From Pseudomonadota bacterium (GTDB lineage: Bacteria; Bdellovibrionota_F; JAHFAK01; JBDREC01): DNA of 47,132 bases. Made by a program: the position numbers and the translations under genes. The notes below the pieces were generated by a model. It was not told the origin of the DNA. It did not search any database and was given only the letters and a program-made list of their open reading frames with translations. The stretch covers positions 1 through 47,132 of the forward strand of contig JBDREC010000068.1 in NCBI GenBank assembly GCA_043820105.1. The letters run 5' to 3'. Positions within the stretch are counted from its first letter, which is position 1. Each line of letters starts with the position of its first letter. Shown here piece after piece: positions 7,565-17,992 of this stretch.

Positions 7565-9967
7565 CTAAAACACTGTATCAACTTTAACAATATCCAACTC
7601 AGATATATATTTTTTCCCCAAAATTTCTGGAATTATGGCTGAAAATCTTTCATTGATTTTAATTTTCATCTCTTGTGTGAAGCTAAGTTTACCATCAATA
7701 GCTTTTACTTCACTAATTGCATCAATATTTTCCAGCTTATCAACAATTTCTTTAATATTCTTCGTTGCTTCATTGTCAAGAGTGATTTCGTATTTTGACT
7801 GTGAAATGGCTTCTTGTAATGATTTGACCTTTCCTTGCAACTTGCTAATTTCAAGAAGTTCTATGCCCTGCGGGAGTTTTTTATTTAATTCTTCTATTTT
7901 AGTATTTTCAAAAAAGTTATCACTTGCTATAGCTATGTCAAAATGTTCAGCTAAGCTTGTCATTCCAACAGGAAGAGCATAGGAAAATGATATTTTTATT
8001 TTCTGGGAAAATCCCTGGGAAAGTAAATAGGGTAGATCAATTCTTCTAAAAAACCTTGAAAAGGTTTTAATTAATTCTAAATGACTTAAAAATATTAATT
8101 CAGAATGTTTTGAAAACTTAATTCTGTATTTACAGCTTATGTTTTCATCAATCTTTTTAGTGCTTTTAATTATAGGGATATCAATATCATTTGCTAGAAT
8201 ATTTGATAAATTATCATCATCACAAGCTCCGCATATTTTGCAATTTTTTCTTGAAGCACAGCTTAAAGTAGATTGCCCTTTGGTGGCTTTATTGTATTCT
8301 TCAATCAGAAATGTTTCTTTAACGCCTGCATCAATTTTTGACCATGGAAGTTTATCTCCAATAGTTCTTTCACTTAAATAGTCTTCATAATTGATATTAT
8401 ATTTTTCAAAGCTATCTTGCCAAAGTCTAAAGTCAAAATGATCTTCCCAGAGTTCAAGACCTGAACCATTTTTAGCAACTTCTAATAAAACTTTTGAAAG
8501 TTTTTCATCTCCTCTTGCTAACACTCCTTCAATTATAGTCATTTGAGGGGAATGATAGTTAACTTTAATATTTTTGTTATCAATATTATACTTAATCATC
8601 ATTGCTTTCTTTTTTATTTCTCCTAAACTGTTTTGTCTGCACCATTGAAATGGTGTAAAAGGTTTAGGTACAAATGGTGATATTGTAACATTTAGCTTAA
8701 TATTATTTTTAATTTTTCTTGCTTCACAATAAATATTTTCAATGAGATTTATTATTTCTTGAATATCATTTTCCTGCTCAAATGGAAGACCAATCATAAA
8801 ATATAGCTTAAAAGTAGAAACAGAACTTTTGGAAATTGCTCTAACGACTTCTAGAATTTGATTATTTGTAATATTTTTATTAATGCGAGCTCTTAATTCA
8901 TCTGTGGCTGCTTCAATGGCAAAAGTAAAATTAGACTTATTAATGGATGAAATTTTATCAAATATTGCACTGTCTTTTAGATCAATTCGTAAAGAAGGAA
9001 GATTTATTGCTACTGCTTTTGGTTTTAAATAAACATGCAAGTGATCAATTACACTTGAAAGACATGGCCAATCACAGGCATTTAATGAAAGAAAAGATAG
9101 TTTTTCAAAACCTGTATCATCAATATCACTTTTTGCTTTTTCAATAACAGTTAAGGGATCTCTTTGTCTCAGCGGTCTGTAAAGATAGCCTGCCTGACAA
9201 AAACGACAGCCATGCACGCAGCCTCTTTGAATTTCAATTGCTAGACGATCATGGACAATGTTTCTAAAGGGTAAGATTGTATTAGTAAAATATTTTGAAG
9301 TATTAATATCTTTGAGGGTTCTTTTTTTGATTATATCCGAGGTTTTATCATGTATTATTGGAACATAGACACCCTGGATTTTCGATAAAGCAAGCAAGGT
9401 TTGATAACGATCTTCATTGCTCTTTTTTCTTTTTCGTAAGCTAGGAAGAATTTCAAGAATAACTTCTTCTGCTTCTCCAATAATAATTGCATCAAAGTAT
9501 GTTTTTATTGGGGCTGAATTTATAAGTCCAAAACCACCACCTAAAACAATAGCATCACTGTTTTTTCGGTTTTTAGCGTAAACTTCCATGCCTGACATGA
9601 GCAGCATTTTAATCACAGAGCAAAAAGCTAACTCATTGTTAACTGAAAAACCAATTGCATCAAAATCCTTTAAGGAAATCTTGTTTTCATGGCTAAAAAC
9701 ATGAACATTATTTTCTTTCATGAGATCTTGCATTTCAAAAGAAGGGAAAAATGCTCTCTCACAAAGTACAGAGGCTTGATTATTTAAAAGTTTATAAAGA
9801 ATCTGAATGCCCAGGTGACTCATTCCAATTTCATACAAGTCAGGAAATACGAGACAAAAGTGCAGATCTTTTTCACTTGGTTTTTGATTAACAGAATTTA
9901 CTTCACTTGAAATATATCTACTTGGATTGTCTATTAATTTTATGAGATCATAAATCTTTTTTGACAT
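7565..9967 (-). CDS. B12-binding radical SAM protein fused to a C-terminal DUF2344-like (radical SAM-linked) domain
   Basis: FPDLYEIGMSHLG, EIQRGCVHGCRFCQAG, KLYFMIGLP, FVPKPFTPFQW; C-terminal FLSHLEL..SQGFSQKIKISFSYALPVG. Confidence 0.85.
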   Translation of the reverse strand: MSKKIYDLIKLIDNPSRYISSEVNSVNQKPSEKDLHFCLVFPDLYEIGMSHLGIQILYKLLNNQASVLCERAFFPSFEMQDLMKENNVHVFSHENKISLKDFDAIGFSVNNELAFCSVIKMLLMSGMEVYAKNRKNSDAIVLGGGFGLINSAPIKTYFDAIIIGEAEEVILEILPSLRKRKKSNEDRYQTLLALSKIQGVYVPIIHDKTSDIIKKRTLKDINTSKYFTNTILPFRNIVHDRLAIEIQRGCVHGCRFCQAGYLYRPLRQRDPLTVIEKAKSDIDDTGFEKLSFLSLNACDWPCLSSVIDHLHVYLKPKAVAINLPSLRIDLKDSAIFDKISSINKSNFTFAIEAATDELRARINKNITNNQILEVVRAISKSSVSTFKLYFMIGLPFEQENDIQEIINLIENIYCEARKIKNNIKLNVTISPFVPKPFTPFQWCRQNSLGEIKKKAMMIKYNIDNKNIKVNYHSPQMTIIEGVLARGDEKLSKVLLEVAKNGSGLELWEDHFDFRLWQDSFEKYNINYEDYLSERTIGDKLPWSKIDAGVKETFLIEEYNKATKGQSTLSCASRKNCKICGACDDDNLSNILANDIDIPIIKSTKKIDENISCKYRIKFSKHSELIFLSHLELIKTFSRFFRRIDLPYLLSQGFSQKIKISFSYALPVGMTSLAEHFDIAIASDNFFENTKIEELNKKLPQGIELLEISKLQGKVKSLQEAISQSKYEITLDNEATKNIKEIVDKLENIDAISEVKAIDGKLSFTQEMKIKINERFSAIIPEILGKKYISELDIVKVDTVF

Positions 9968-9968
9968 T

Positions 9969-10658
9969 TTAAAAAGAATACTTTTCGTCTACTTCAGCAA
10001 GGCCAATGTGTCTGATCAAAATAGCCTTGCCAAACATGTCTATTAATCCTCGTTTTTGCAAACCAGAAAGAGCTCTTGAAACAGTTTCTCGACTTGTTCC
10101 AATAATACCAGCAATATCTTGATGAGTAGGTCGTTTTTTTACGAGCAATCCCTCCTCATGGGCAATACCGTCATTTTTGGCAAGTTGAATTAAATACCTT
10201 GCGATTCTTCCATTAACATCAAGAAGTGCCAGGTTTCCAATTTGTTCATCAGCCAGACGAAGTCTTTTGGTCATAACTTTAAGCATTTTAAGAGTAAGTT
10301 TTGGTGATTCTATAATGTAACTTAAAAACTCTCTTTGTCTTAGGACTAGCAAATCTGCGTTCTCAGTTGCAATTACATTTGCTGAACGGGGCTCTGAATC
10401 TAGCAAGGACATCTCACCAAAAAAGTCACCTGCTTTTAAAATAGAAAGAATAATTTCTTTTCCTGATTCATTGTAAAGGGTAACTTTTACAGAACCTTTT
10501 TTAATAATAAATAATGAATCTCCTGCTTCATCATGACTACATACAACATCACCCTTTTTAAAAGATTTGTCTTTTAAAAGTCGGGTTAAGTCAGTGTAAA
10601 TATCTTCAGGTAAACCTGAAAAAATTGGAACATTTTTTAAAAGAGTAAATTCAGTCAT
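9969..10658 (-). CDS. Crp/Fnr-family transcriptional regulator
   Basis: cNMP-binding motif GDFFGEMSLLDSEPRSA; HTH THQDIAGIIGTSRETVSR. Confidence 0.93.
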   Translation of the reverse strand: MTEFTLLKNVPIFSGLPEDIYTDLTRLLKDKSFKKGDVVCSHDEAGDSLFIIKKGSVKVTLYNESGKEIILSILKAGDFFGEMSLLDSEPRSANVIATENADLLVLRQREFLSYIIESPKLTLKMLKVMTKRLRLADEQIGNLALLDVNGRIARYLIQLAKNDGIAHEEGLLVKKRPTHQDIAGIIGTSRETVSRALSGLQKRGLIDMFGKAILIRHIGLAEVDEKYSF

Positions 10659-10670
10659 AATAATTTCTTT

Positions 10671-12224
10671 CTAAGTAGTTTTAGTTAATTTTAAATCTGG
10701 CAATTGGGACAATATTTGCCTGTATGTTAAAATGGAAAAAATTTCTTCTGCTGTTGTTAGGCCATCTCTTATTTTTAAATAAGCATCTTCCAACATTGTT
10801 GCCATTCCAGCTTCTATTGCGAATTTTCTAATGTCCAAAATAGATTTTTCAGCATTTATCATTTCTTCAATTTTATCATCAATTAAAAAGAGTTCATAGA
10901 CGCCAAGTCTTCCTGTGTATCCAACACTTTTACATTTCATGCATCCTCTGCCTCTAACCCATTTTTCTGGTCTGTAAGGCTCTGGAATGAGATCTAACTC
11001 TTTTTTTGTTGGTTCATAAGTTGTAATGCAATGAGGACATATTTTTCGAACCAGTCTTTGTGCAAGCACTCCTAATAATGAGGAAGCCAAAGTATTTGCT
11101 GTAACTCCCAGGCCTATGAGCCTTGGTAAAGATCTAATAGTGTCCATTGTGTGAAGAGTGCTAAACACTAAATGACCTGTTTGAGAGGCTTGAATAGCGA
11201 TGTTTGCTGTTTCTTCATCCCTGATTTCACCAATTAGAATTACATCAGGATCTTGTCTTAAAAACTCTCTTCCTAGCATGGCAAAAGTGACCTGTTTTGA
11301 AACTTGCTTTTGATTAATTCCATCTAGACTATATTCAATTGGGTCTTCTGCTGATAATATTTTTTTATATGGGGATGTTATTTCATAAAGGGCTGAATAA
11401 AGTGTTGTTGTTTTACCACTACCTGTAGGTCCAGTAACAATAATAAAACCTTCCGGGTTGTGGATTAGAGTATGAAAGGCAGCAAGGTTATGTGGATAAA
11501 ATCCAAGTTTATCAAGACCAATAACAGCTGCTGATCTATCTAAGACCCTTAAAACCACATCTTCACCAAATGGTCCAGGGCATATTGAAACTCTAAAGGT
11601 AATGAGCTTTTCCATATTTGCTGATTTTATTTTAAAATCGATTCTACCAGATTGAGGAAGTCTTTTTTCTGCAATATCAGCATTAGCAATAATTTTTATT
11701 CTTGAAACAATCTGAGGAAAGTTATCCTTATTAATTGGAGTAGGCATTTCATATAATACACCGTCAATTCTATATCTGACTGCTATAGAGTCCCTATAAC
11801 TTTCAATGTGAATATCACTGGCTTTTCTAACAATAGCATTAGTGAGAACTGAATCAACTGTTTTAACAACATTTTGTTCAGTTACAGGGCCAATTTGTTG
11901 TTGTTGAGCCTCTTCTGGCTTTGCCTGGGCAGCTGCCTTTGGTCCAAAACCTTCTTTTATAGCCTGAGCAATTTCTGCTTTCGACATTTGTACAGGTTTC
12001 ACTTCTCTGTCAAATTTTCGGGAAATCGCTTCAACGAGTTCTGAATTATGGATATTAAACATTGCAAGACTAATTGGAGATTTGTCATTAATATTAACTG
12101 TTCCCACAACAACTACATTGTTTTTTAGGCAGAAATTTAAAGGTAAAATACTAACACTATCTGGATCTACTTTTAGCTGTTTTTTTACTTGGGTATCGGC
12201 ATCTTTAACATCATAAATTCCCAT
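10671..12224 (-). CDS. GspE/PilB-family secretion/pilus assembly ATPase
   Basis: ASDIHIE, RYRIDGVL, Walker A GPTGSGKTT, EDPIEY, LRQDPDVILIGEIRD, TGHLVFSTLH, CPHC and CMKC. Confidence 0.93.
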   Translation of the reverse strand: MGIYDVKDADTQVKKQLKVDPDSVSILPLNFCLKNNVVVVGTVNINDKSPISLAMFNIHNSELVEAISRKFDREVKPVQMSKAEIAQAIKEGFGPKAAAQAKPEEAQQQQIGPVTEQNVVKTVDSVLTNAIVRKASDIHIESYRDSIAVRYRIDGVLYEMPTPINKDNFPQIVSRIKIIANADIAEKRLPQSGRIDFKIKSANMEKLITFRVSICPGPFGEDVVLRVLDRSAAVIGLDKLGFYPHNLAAFHTLIHNPEGFIIVTGPTGSGKTTTLYSALYEITSPYKKILSAEDPIEYSLDGINQKQVSKQVTFAMLGREFLRQDPDVILIGEIRDEETANIAIQASQTGHLVFSTLHTMDTIRSLPRLIGLGVTANTLASSLLGVLAQRLVRKICPHCITTYEPTKKELDLIPEPYRPEKWVRGRGCMKCKSVGYTGRLGVYELFLIDDKIEEMINAEKSILDIRKFAIEAGMATMLEDAYLKIRDGLTTAEEIFSILTYRQILSQLPDLKLTKTT

Positions 12225-12370
12225 TATAAAATCCTCATTGATTTTTAAAATTACAAAAATGCTAACAAAATAGCTTGAAAAAGTAAAGCAAGTATTGCTT
12301 TTTAAAAACAGTTTGCATTATGGACCTGGATTAAGTAAGCTTTTTTTTAATTAGAATTCAGAACTCAGAA

Positions 12371-13396
12371 TTGGGTAAGATAAATTTTATGTTTAATTTT
12401 TGTAAAATAATATTTATATTTTATTTAATACTTAATCCATATTTATATGGCCTTTCAGCTGAAGAGATACTTAAAGAAACAAAAGGGGACTCAAAAGCAG
12501 AGCTAGAAACAGTTGATAAAAATGAGAATATGCTTTTAGATGATAGCTTAAAGCTTCCTGAAAAAGATAGACCTGTGTTAATACCTGAAGAAAGTTTTGA
12601 CATTGATGAATTGATTAAATCAGTTGATGAAGTAAATGAATATATTACCAAAGAAGATCCGTCTTCCTTGCCGGATGTGGAAATGGAAAAGGGACCAATA
12701 AAATACAACATTGATTATTCAGATTTTTTCAGGCATTATAACTGGGTAGATTATTCCTTAATTTCCATTTCAAGTGCAATTTTAATAAGTGATATTTTTT
12801 ATAATCCTGATCCATTAGTAACTATTGATCCATTAAATTTTGAGAGTGATTTAGCAGATTATCTTGGATCAAATGAAAAATTCGATTTTAACAATTATTC
12901 TTTTCTAGTATTACCAGCAGCTGCTTTTTATTTAGGAAGCACTTTTGCTCCCACACTTCATTCTAAGCATTTGCTATTAATTTTTACAGAAGGCTTTTTA
13001 CTGCAAAAAGCAATAACTAGATTAATCAAAGAAATGGCCCAAAGAAATAGTCCTAATTCAGCTTATGACAATTGCTTTATATCAGAACATACTGCTGATG
13101 CTTTTTATATTGCTTCATTTTTACATAATGATTTAGTCGATAGACTTCATTTAGAAGTATATCCTCTTTATAATATATTGCTTGGAACCTTTTTGCACTT
13201 AGGAGCTTCATTCGTTGGATATGCAAATATGCAATCAGGTTCTAATTATCTTTTAGACGTTTTAAGTGGAGCAGCGCTTGGAACAATTGTGTCAAATACA
13301 ATTTATAGAAGGCACTTTGACTCACGAGGTGAAAAAAAGATTCTTTTTTATCCAATTATTTCAAGGGACAAAATCCTTTTATCATTTAGGTTTTAA
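12371..13396 (+). CDS. PAP2-family-like membrane protein with degenerate motifs; start uncertain
   Basis: C-terminal half resembles PAP2 (IKEMAQRNSP, FISEHTADAF, DVLSGAALG); N-terminal signal-like segment. Confidence 0.6.
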   Translation: MGKINFMFNFCKIIFIFYLILNPYLYGLSAEEILKETKGDSKAELETVDKNENMLLDDSLKLPEKDRPVLIPEESFDIDELIKSVDEVNEYITKEDPSSLPDVEMEKGPIKYNIDYSDFFRHYNWVDYSLISISSAILISDIFYNPDPLVTIDPLNFESDLADYLGSNEKFDFNNYSFLVLPAAAFYLGSTFAPTLHSKHLLLIFTEGFLLQKAITRLIKEMAQRNSPNSAYDNCFISEHTADAFYIASFLHNDLVDRLHLEVYPLYNILLGTFLHLGASFVGYANMQSGSNYLLDVLSGAALGTIVSNTIYRRHFDSRGEKKILFYPIISRDKILLSFRF

Positions 13397-14029
13397 ATGA
13401 AATCACATTTAAAGCTAAAAAAAGTTGTTGATACTTTAATTAAAGAATATGGTAAACCAAAGACTGCCTTAGAATACAAACACGTTCATGAGCTTGTGAT
13501 AGCAGTGATTCTTTCTGCTCAGTGTACAGACAAAAGAGTTAATGAAATAACAAAGGATTTATTTAAGAAATTTATTAAAATTGAGGATTTTGCTACTTGT
13601 GAAATAAAAGCTTTGGAAGGATATATAAAAAGCGGGGGTCTTTATAAAAATAAAGCAAAGAATATTAAGAAAATGGCCCAAATTGTGGTCAAAAAATATG
13701 AATCCAGAATTCCAAACAATAGAGAATATCTTGAAAGCCTTCCTGGTATTGGTAGAAAGACTGCAAGTGTTATATTATCAACTGCTTTTGGTTTGCCTGC
13801 AATGGCTGTAGATACACATGTTATAAGGCTTAGCAATAGAATAGGTTTAACAAAGTCTAAAGATCCACTTGTTATTGAAAAGGATTTAACAAGGCAAATT
13901 TCTGAAAAATTCTGGTCTTTAACTTCCCTGTTATTAATAAATCATGGAAGAGCAATTTGTAAGGCAAGGAAACCAAACTGTGAAGAATGCAAGCTTAATA
14001 AGATTTGTGAAAAGAATTTTAAAACTTGA
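13397..14029 (+). CDS. nth: Endonuclease III
   Basis: ILSAQCTDKRVN, LPGIGRKTA, AVDTHV, CKARKPNCEECKLNKIC Fe-S loop. Confidence 0.96.
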   Translation: MKSHLKLKKVVDTLIKEYGKPKTALEYKHVHELVIAVILSAQCTDKRVNEITKDLFKKFIKIEDFATCEIKALEGYIKSGGLYKNKAKNIKKMAQIVVKKYESRIPNNREYLESLPGIGRKTASVILSTAFGLPAMAVDTHVIRLSNRIGLTKSKDPLVIEKDLTRQISEKFWSLTSLLLINHGRAICKARKPNCEECKLNKICEKNFKT

Positions 14030-14095
14030 CCTTATTGATCTTAATTATTAAATTACTATTAACTGGGACGCAATTCATAATAATAGGAGTTTTGA

Positions 14096-14461
14096 TTGTC
14101 TAAATTTACTGAAAGAAGAAAATTCCCTAGAGTTCAGGCTTTTTTTAGAGTTAGTTTGTCTCTTAGCGATGATACAGAAAAAGCAATAGCATTTGCTCAA
14201 GATATAAGTAGAGGTGGAATTTATTTTCAAACCGAAAAGCTTCTTGGTCCAAATGACATTGTCGAAGTTAGCTTTAGTTTGCCTGGTGCTTCAACACAAT
14301 ACCAAGTTAAGGGACAAGTCGTTAGGCTTGTGACAATGGATGATCCAAATGATCATGATAAAAACAAATATGGCGCAGGTATTAGGTTTATTGAAATAAG
14401 TGACGATGTTCTAGAAGCTATAAAAACACTGGTTGAAAACAGTGCCACTATCTTAGATTAA
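14096..14461 (+). CDS. Single-domain PilZ protein (c-di-GMP receptor)
   Basis: ERRKFPR (RxxxR) and DISRGG (DxSxxG) motifs. Confidence 0.88.
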   Translation: MSKFTERRKFPRVQAFFRVSLSLSDDTEKAIAFAQDISRGGIYFQTEKLLGPNDIVEVSFSLPGASTQYQVKGQVVRLVTMDDPNDHDKNKYGAGIRFIEISDDVLEAIKTLVENSATILD

Positions 14462-14490
14462 TTTACTAAATCTTATTTCAAAGCGTAAAC

Positions 14491-15681
14491 ATGCCAAATA
14501 AAATAAAATCAGTCTCAGAAATTACAAATCAAATAAAATTTCTCTTAGAAAATGAGTTTAGTAAGGTTTCGGTTTTAGGGCAGCTTAGTAATTTTATGAC
14601 CCATAGTTCAGGACATTCTTATTTTACCTTAAAAGATGAAGCATCCTCTTTATCTGCTGTTTTATTTAAAGGAAATTGGGGTAAATTAAAATTTAAACCC
14701 GAGAATGGCCTTAATGTCGTTTGCATGGGAAGAATCAGTCTCTATGCACCAAGAGGAAACTATCAAATTATAGTTGAAGAAATGAAACCAGCTGGACTGG
14801 GCGAGCTTTTTTTAGCTTATGAAAAGTTAAAAGCTAAATTAAATGCTGAAGGTTTGTTTGATCAGGAACATAAAAAGAAATTACCTTTTTTGCCTGAAAG
14901 AATTGGAATTATTACTTCCATAACAGGTGCTGCTATTAAGGATATGCTTAAAGTAATTACTACAAAATTTGATAAAAGTGAAATTTTAATAATTGATTCT
15001 AAAGTACAGGGAAATGAAGCTGGCAAACAATTGATCAAGGCAATTGAATTTGCCAATAAGCATCAGCTTGCTGAGGTGCTTATTATTGGAAGAGGGGGAG
15101 GAAGTATTGAAGATCTCTGGGCCTTTAATGATGAAGCTTTAGCTCGTGCGATATTTTCATCTCAAATCCCGGTTATTTCTGCTGTTGGCCATGAAGTTGA
15201 TTTTACTATTGCTGACTTTGTTGCAGATGTGCGCGCCGCCACACCTTCAGTAGCTGGAGATATTGTAGTGCCTGATATGAATGAAATAAAAAAGGTTTTA
15301 TTAAATTACTCTAAAGTTTTAAATCAAAACATTATTAATATCATATTCAAATTTAAAAGGGAATTGTTACATTTAAGCAAGAGATTAAAGTCTCCCAAGC
15401 AGTTAATTGAAGAAAAGAAGATTAGAATTGATGATTTAAATCTGAGATTACAAAATTCCATTAAACAGATTTTTTTAACTAGAAAGCTATTGATAGAGAA
15501 ACTAAGCTCAGAGCTTAATGCCTATAACCCATATTTAGTATTAGAGCGAGGTTATTGTATTGCCAGGACTATGGAAAATTTAGTGATTAAATCGATTGAC
15601 GATGTGGAAAATAAAGATTTAATTGAACTATTATTGTCAAAGGGAAGTTTAGCATGCCAAGTTCTGAAAAAAATAAAATAA
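14491..15681 (+). CDS. xseA: Exodeoxyribonuclease VII large subunit
   Basis: SGHSYFTLKD, RGGGSIEDLWAFNDE, SAVGHEVDFTIADFVADVRAATPS, VLERGY. Confidence 0.96.
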   Translation: MPNKIKSVSEITNQIKFLLENEFSKVSVLGQLSNFMTHSSGHSYFTLKDEASSLSAVLFKGNWGKLKFKPENGLNVVCMGRISLYAPRGNYQIIVEEMKPAGLGELFLAYEKLKAKLNAEGLFDQEHKKKLPFLPERIGIITSITGAAIKDMLKVITTKFDKSEILIIDSKVQGNEAGKQLIKAIEFANKHQLAEVLIIGRGGGSIEDLWAFNDEALARAIFSSQIPVISAVGHEVDFTIADFVADVRAATPSVAGDIVVPDMNEIKKVLLNYSKVLNQNIINIIFKFKRELLHLSKRLKSPKQLIEEKKIRIDDLNLRLQNSIKQIFLTRKLLIEKLSSELNAYNPYLVLERGYCIARTMENLVIKSIDDVENKDLIELLLSKGSLACQVLKKIK

Positions 15682-16523
15682 ATAAATTCTTAGCACGAAT
15701 TTTCTTTGTTTTAGTGTTAATAAATTCATGTTTATTTGCTCTTGAAGTGAAACCAGAAAAAATGGATGTAAAGCAAGGTGGTGTTTATAAATTTATTGTA
15801 AGTTTAGACGATAAAGATGAATTTAAATCTGCAAAGTATAATGGCAGAGAGCTTGCTTATTTTAATCAATCTAATAAGGAATTTATTGTTATTTTAGGCA
15901 TAAATTTAATTGATAAGCCTGGAAGTGCTACAGTCGAAATAGAAAGTATGAATTCAAGCAAAAGTCTTTTGCTAAATATTATTGAAGGCAAGTATCCTCG
16001 CCGTGATATGACTTTAGCGAAAAAACACTCGGTATTTACAGAAGAGCAAATAGAAATTATAAATACTGACTCTGCTATTATGCAATCAATTTTTAATAAG
16101 CATAATAGTAAAAGACATTTTGAAGGCAGCTTTTTAAAACCAGTCCCTGGAGTCATTAATTGCCCTTTTGGTGAAAATAGATATATAAATGGTGAAAAGA
16201 GATCGCCACATTCTGGAATTGATCTAAAAGGAAAAACAGGAACAAAGGTCAAAGCCACAAATAATGGGACTGTTGTTTTAGCAGGGACACATTTTTTATC
16301 TGGTAATTCAATTATTATTGATCATGGTATGTCAATATACTCCATGTATTTTCACTTAAGTAAAATAAAAGTATCTATTGGTGATTATGTTAAAAAAGGG
16401 CAAATAATTGGATTAGTTGGCTCTACAGGGCGATCAACTGGTTCTCATTTGCACTATGGTATACGTGCAAATTATGCAAAAATCGATCCAAAAATGCTTT
16501 GGGAAATGGAAATAAAAAAATGA
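15654..16523 (+). CDS. M23-family metallopeptidase, secreted
   Basis: HSGID, IDHG, YFHLS, GSTGRSTGSHLHY; N-terminal signal peptide. Confidence 0.92.
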   Translation: MPSSEKNKINKFLARIFFVLVLINSCLFALEVKPEKMDVKQGGVYKFIVSLDDKDEFKSAKYNGRELAYFNQSNKEFIVILGINLIDKPGSATVEIESMNSSKSLLLNIIEGKYPRRDMTLAKKHSVFTEEQIEIINTDSAIMQSIFNKHNSKRHFEGSFLKPVPGVINCPFGENRYINGEKRSPHSGIDLKGKTGTKVKATNNGTVVLAGTHFLSGNSIIIDHGMSIYSMYFHLSKIKVSIGDYVKKGQIIGLVGSTGRSTGSHLHYGIRANYAKIDPKMLWEMEIKK

Positions 16524-17533
16524 TAAATAAAAAAAATATATTTAAATTATTGAAAGTCACGTTTTTACTAATTGGTTTGGCTTATTTAGTGCATTTGATT
16601 TTATCCTTAGGTGTAATGACTTTATTAAATCAAATTTTTTCAATGAAATTTGGTTTTGTCTTAATAATGATAGTTGCCTTTGTTGAATATTTCTTTCACA
16701 CAATTGCCTGGTATTATACTTTTGATGTTAAAAGTTCATGTTTGAATTTTCCAAGGATGCTTAAAATATGGCTTGGAGCAAATGGTGTGAAATACCTTAA
16801 TCCACTTGGTAACGTTGGCGGTGAATCTTACAGATTGTACATTCTTACACAGTATGTTAATAAAAAAGAAGCTGCAGCTTCAATGGTAAGTGATTCATTT
16901 TCGCATATTATAATGATGATTCTCCTCATGTTTATTGCCTTTGTAATTGGAATTTTTGTATGGCCAATTGATACCAAATTTATTGTCGCTGGGAGCTTAT
17001 TTTTTCTTGTTTTCTTTTTAGCATTTCTATTCATTTTTAATTTTCAGCAAAAAGGATCATTTTTCCACAAGATTTTTCTTTTTCTTGATAAGCTTGTTCC
17101 ATTTGATATCTCTTCTTTTGTTGAGAAATTTAAAAAACTTGATGAACTTATTTCAACTTATCACATCGATGGACAAAAGAAATTTGTTTATTGTTGTCTT
17201 CATCATTTTATAGGAAAAGCAGTAAGTTTTTTTGAGATATGGATTATTATGTATTGCCTTGGACATCAGATTACTCTGCTTGATTCATTTTTAGTCTATG
17301 CATTTATACAATTGATTACTGTTTTCTTCTTTTTTATGCCCTCTCAAATTGGTGTAGCTGAAGGTGGAATTTATTATTTGTTCCAATATATTGGTTTAAG
17401 TCCAGAAGTAGGTGTTGCAATGGCATTAGTCAGAAGAGTTCGTCTTGTAACTTGGGCAGTATTAGGCTATTTGATTATTATTTGGGGAGTAAAGCCAGGA
17501 GAGAAGTTCAAGACGGTCAGTCTTCAACCTTAA
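16520..17533 (+). CDS. Lysylphosphatidylglycerol synthase TM / flippase-like membrane protein
   Basis: Multiple TM segments, NPLGNVGGE, PSQIGVAEGG, LVRRVR; ATG 16520 overlaps the upstream TGA. Confidence 0.75.
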   Translation: MINKKNIFKLLKVTFLLIGLAYLVHLILSLGVMTLLNQIFSMKFGFVLIMIVAFVEYFFHTIAWYYTFDVKSSCLNFPRMLKIWLGANGVKYLNPLGNVGGESYRLYILTQYVNKKEAAASMVSDSFSHIIMMILLMFIAFVIGIFVWPIDTKFIVAGSLFFLVFFLAFLFIFNFQQKGSFFHKIFLFLDKLVPFDISSFVEKFKKLDELISTYHIDGQKKFVYCCLHHFIGKAVSFFEIWIIMYCLGHQITLLDSFLVYAFIQLITVFFFFMPSQIGVAEGGIYYLFQYIGLSPEVGVAMALVRRVRLVTWAVLGYLIIIWGVKPGEKFKTVSLQP

Positions 17534-17858
17534 TATTTTTCAAGATAGCCTCAATATCCTCATCATACATTGAAAAATCTTCATCAGCTTCAATTTTTTT
17601 ATTGTAAATTTCTTTTAGCCTTTTATTAAGATTTTCAGAATTCTTTGTAGCTTGTTTTAAAATATCTAGAAAATCTTTAGGATATTTTATCTTAAGCTTT
17701 TCAATGAAATCATCAAGATTAACTTCTAAGCTTTCGCCCTCTTGCTTTTTAACAACCTTCCATTCTTTTAAGTAGTGAAGTCTGCAAAAACCTTTGTGAA
17801 ATGCCTGGTTTCCGCAGTTTGGAATTTTGCAAAGCGAAATATTTCTTTTTTCATCCAT
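17517..17858 (-). CDS. Hypothetical protein with N-terminal C-C-C-H putative Zn site
   Basis: CKIPNC...GFCRLHY followed by a charged helical region. Confidence 0.6.
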   Translation of the reverse strand: MDEKRNISLCKIPNCGNQAFHKGFCRLHYLKEWKVVKKQEGESLEVNLDDFIEKLKIKYPKDFLDILKQATKNSENLNKRLKEIYNKKIEADEDFSMYDEDIEAILKNIKVED

Positions 17859-17992
17859 TTTATACACTGTAATTGTTGCATTTATATTGTTAAATAATAT
17901 ATTACAGATTAAGCTATTTAGGTCAACATTAATTTCGAAAATGTATACTCTTGGCTTGTTTTTTATTATAAAAATTATAAAATAATTAGCTT

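Noticed and set aside
7565-9967. Radical SAM enzyme as the RiPP maturase
   Set aside because: It belongs to a widespread B12-binding/DUF2344-linked family, has no SPASM or RRE domain, and is far from the precursor.
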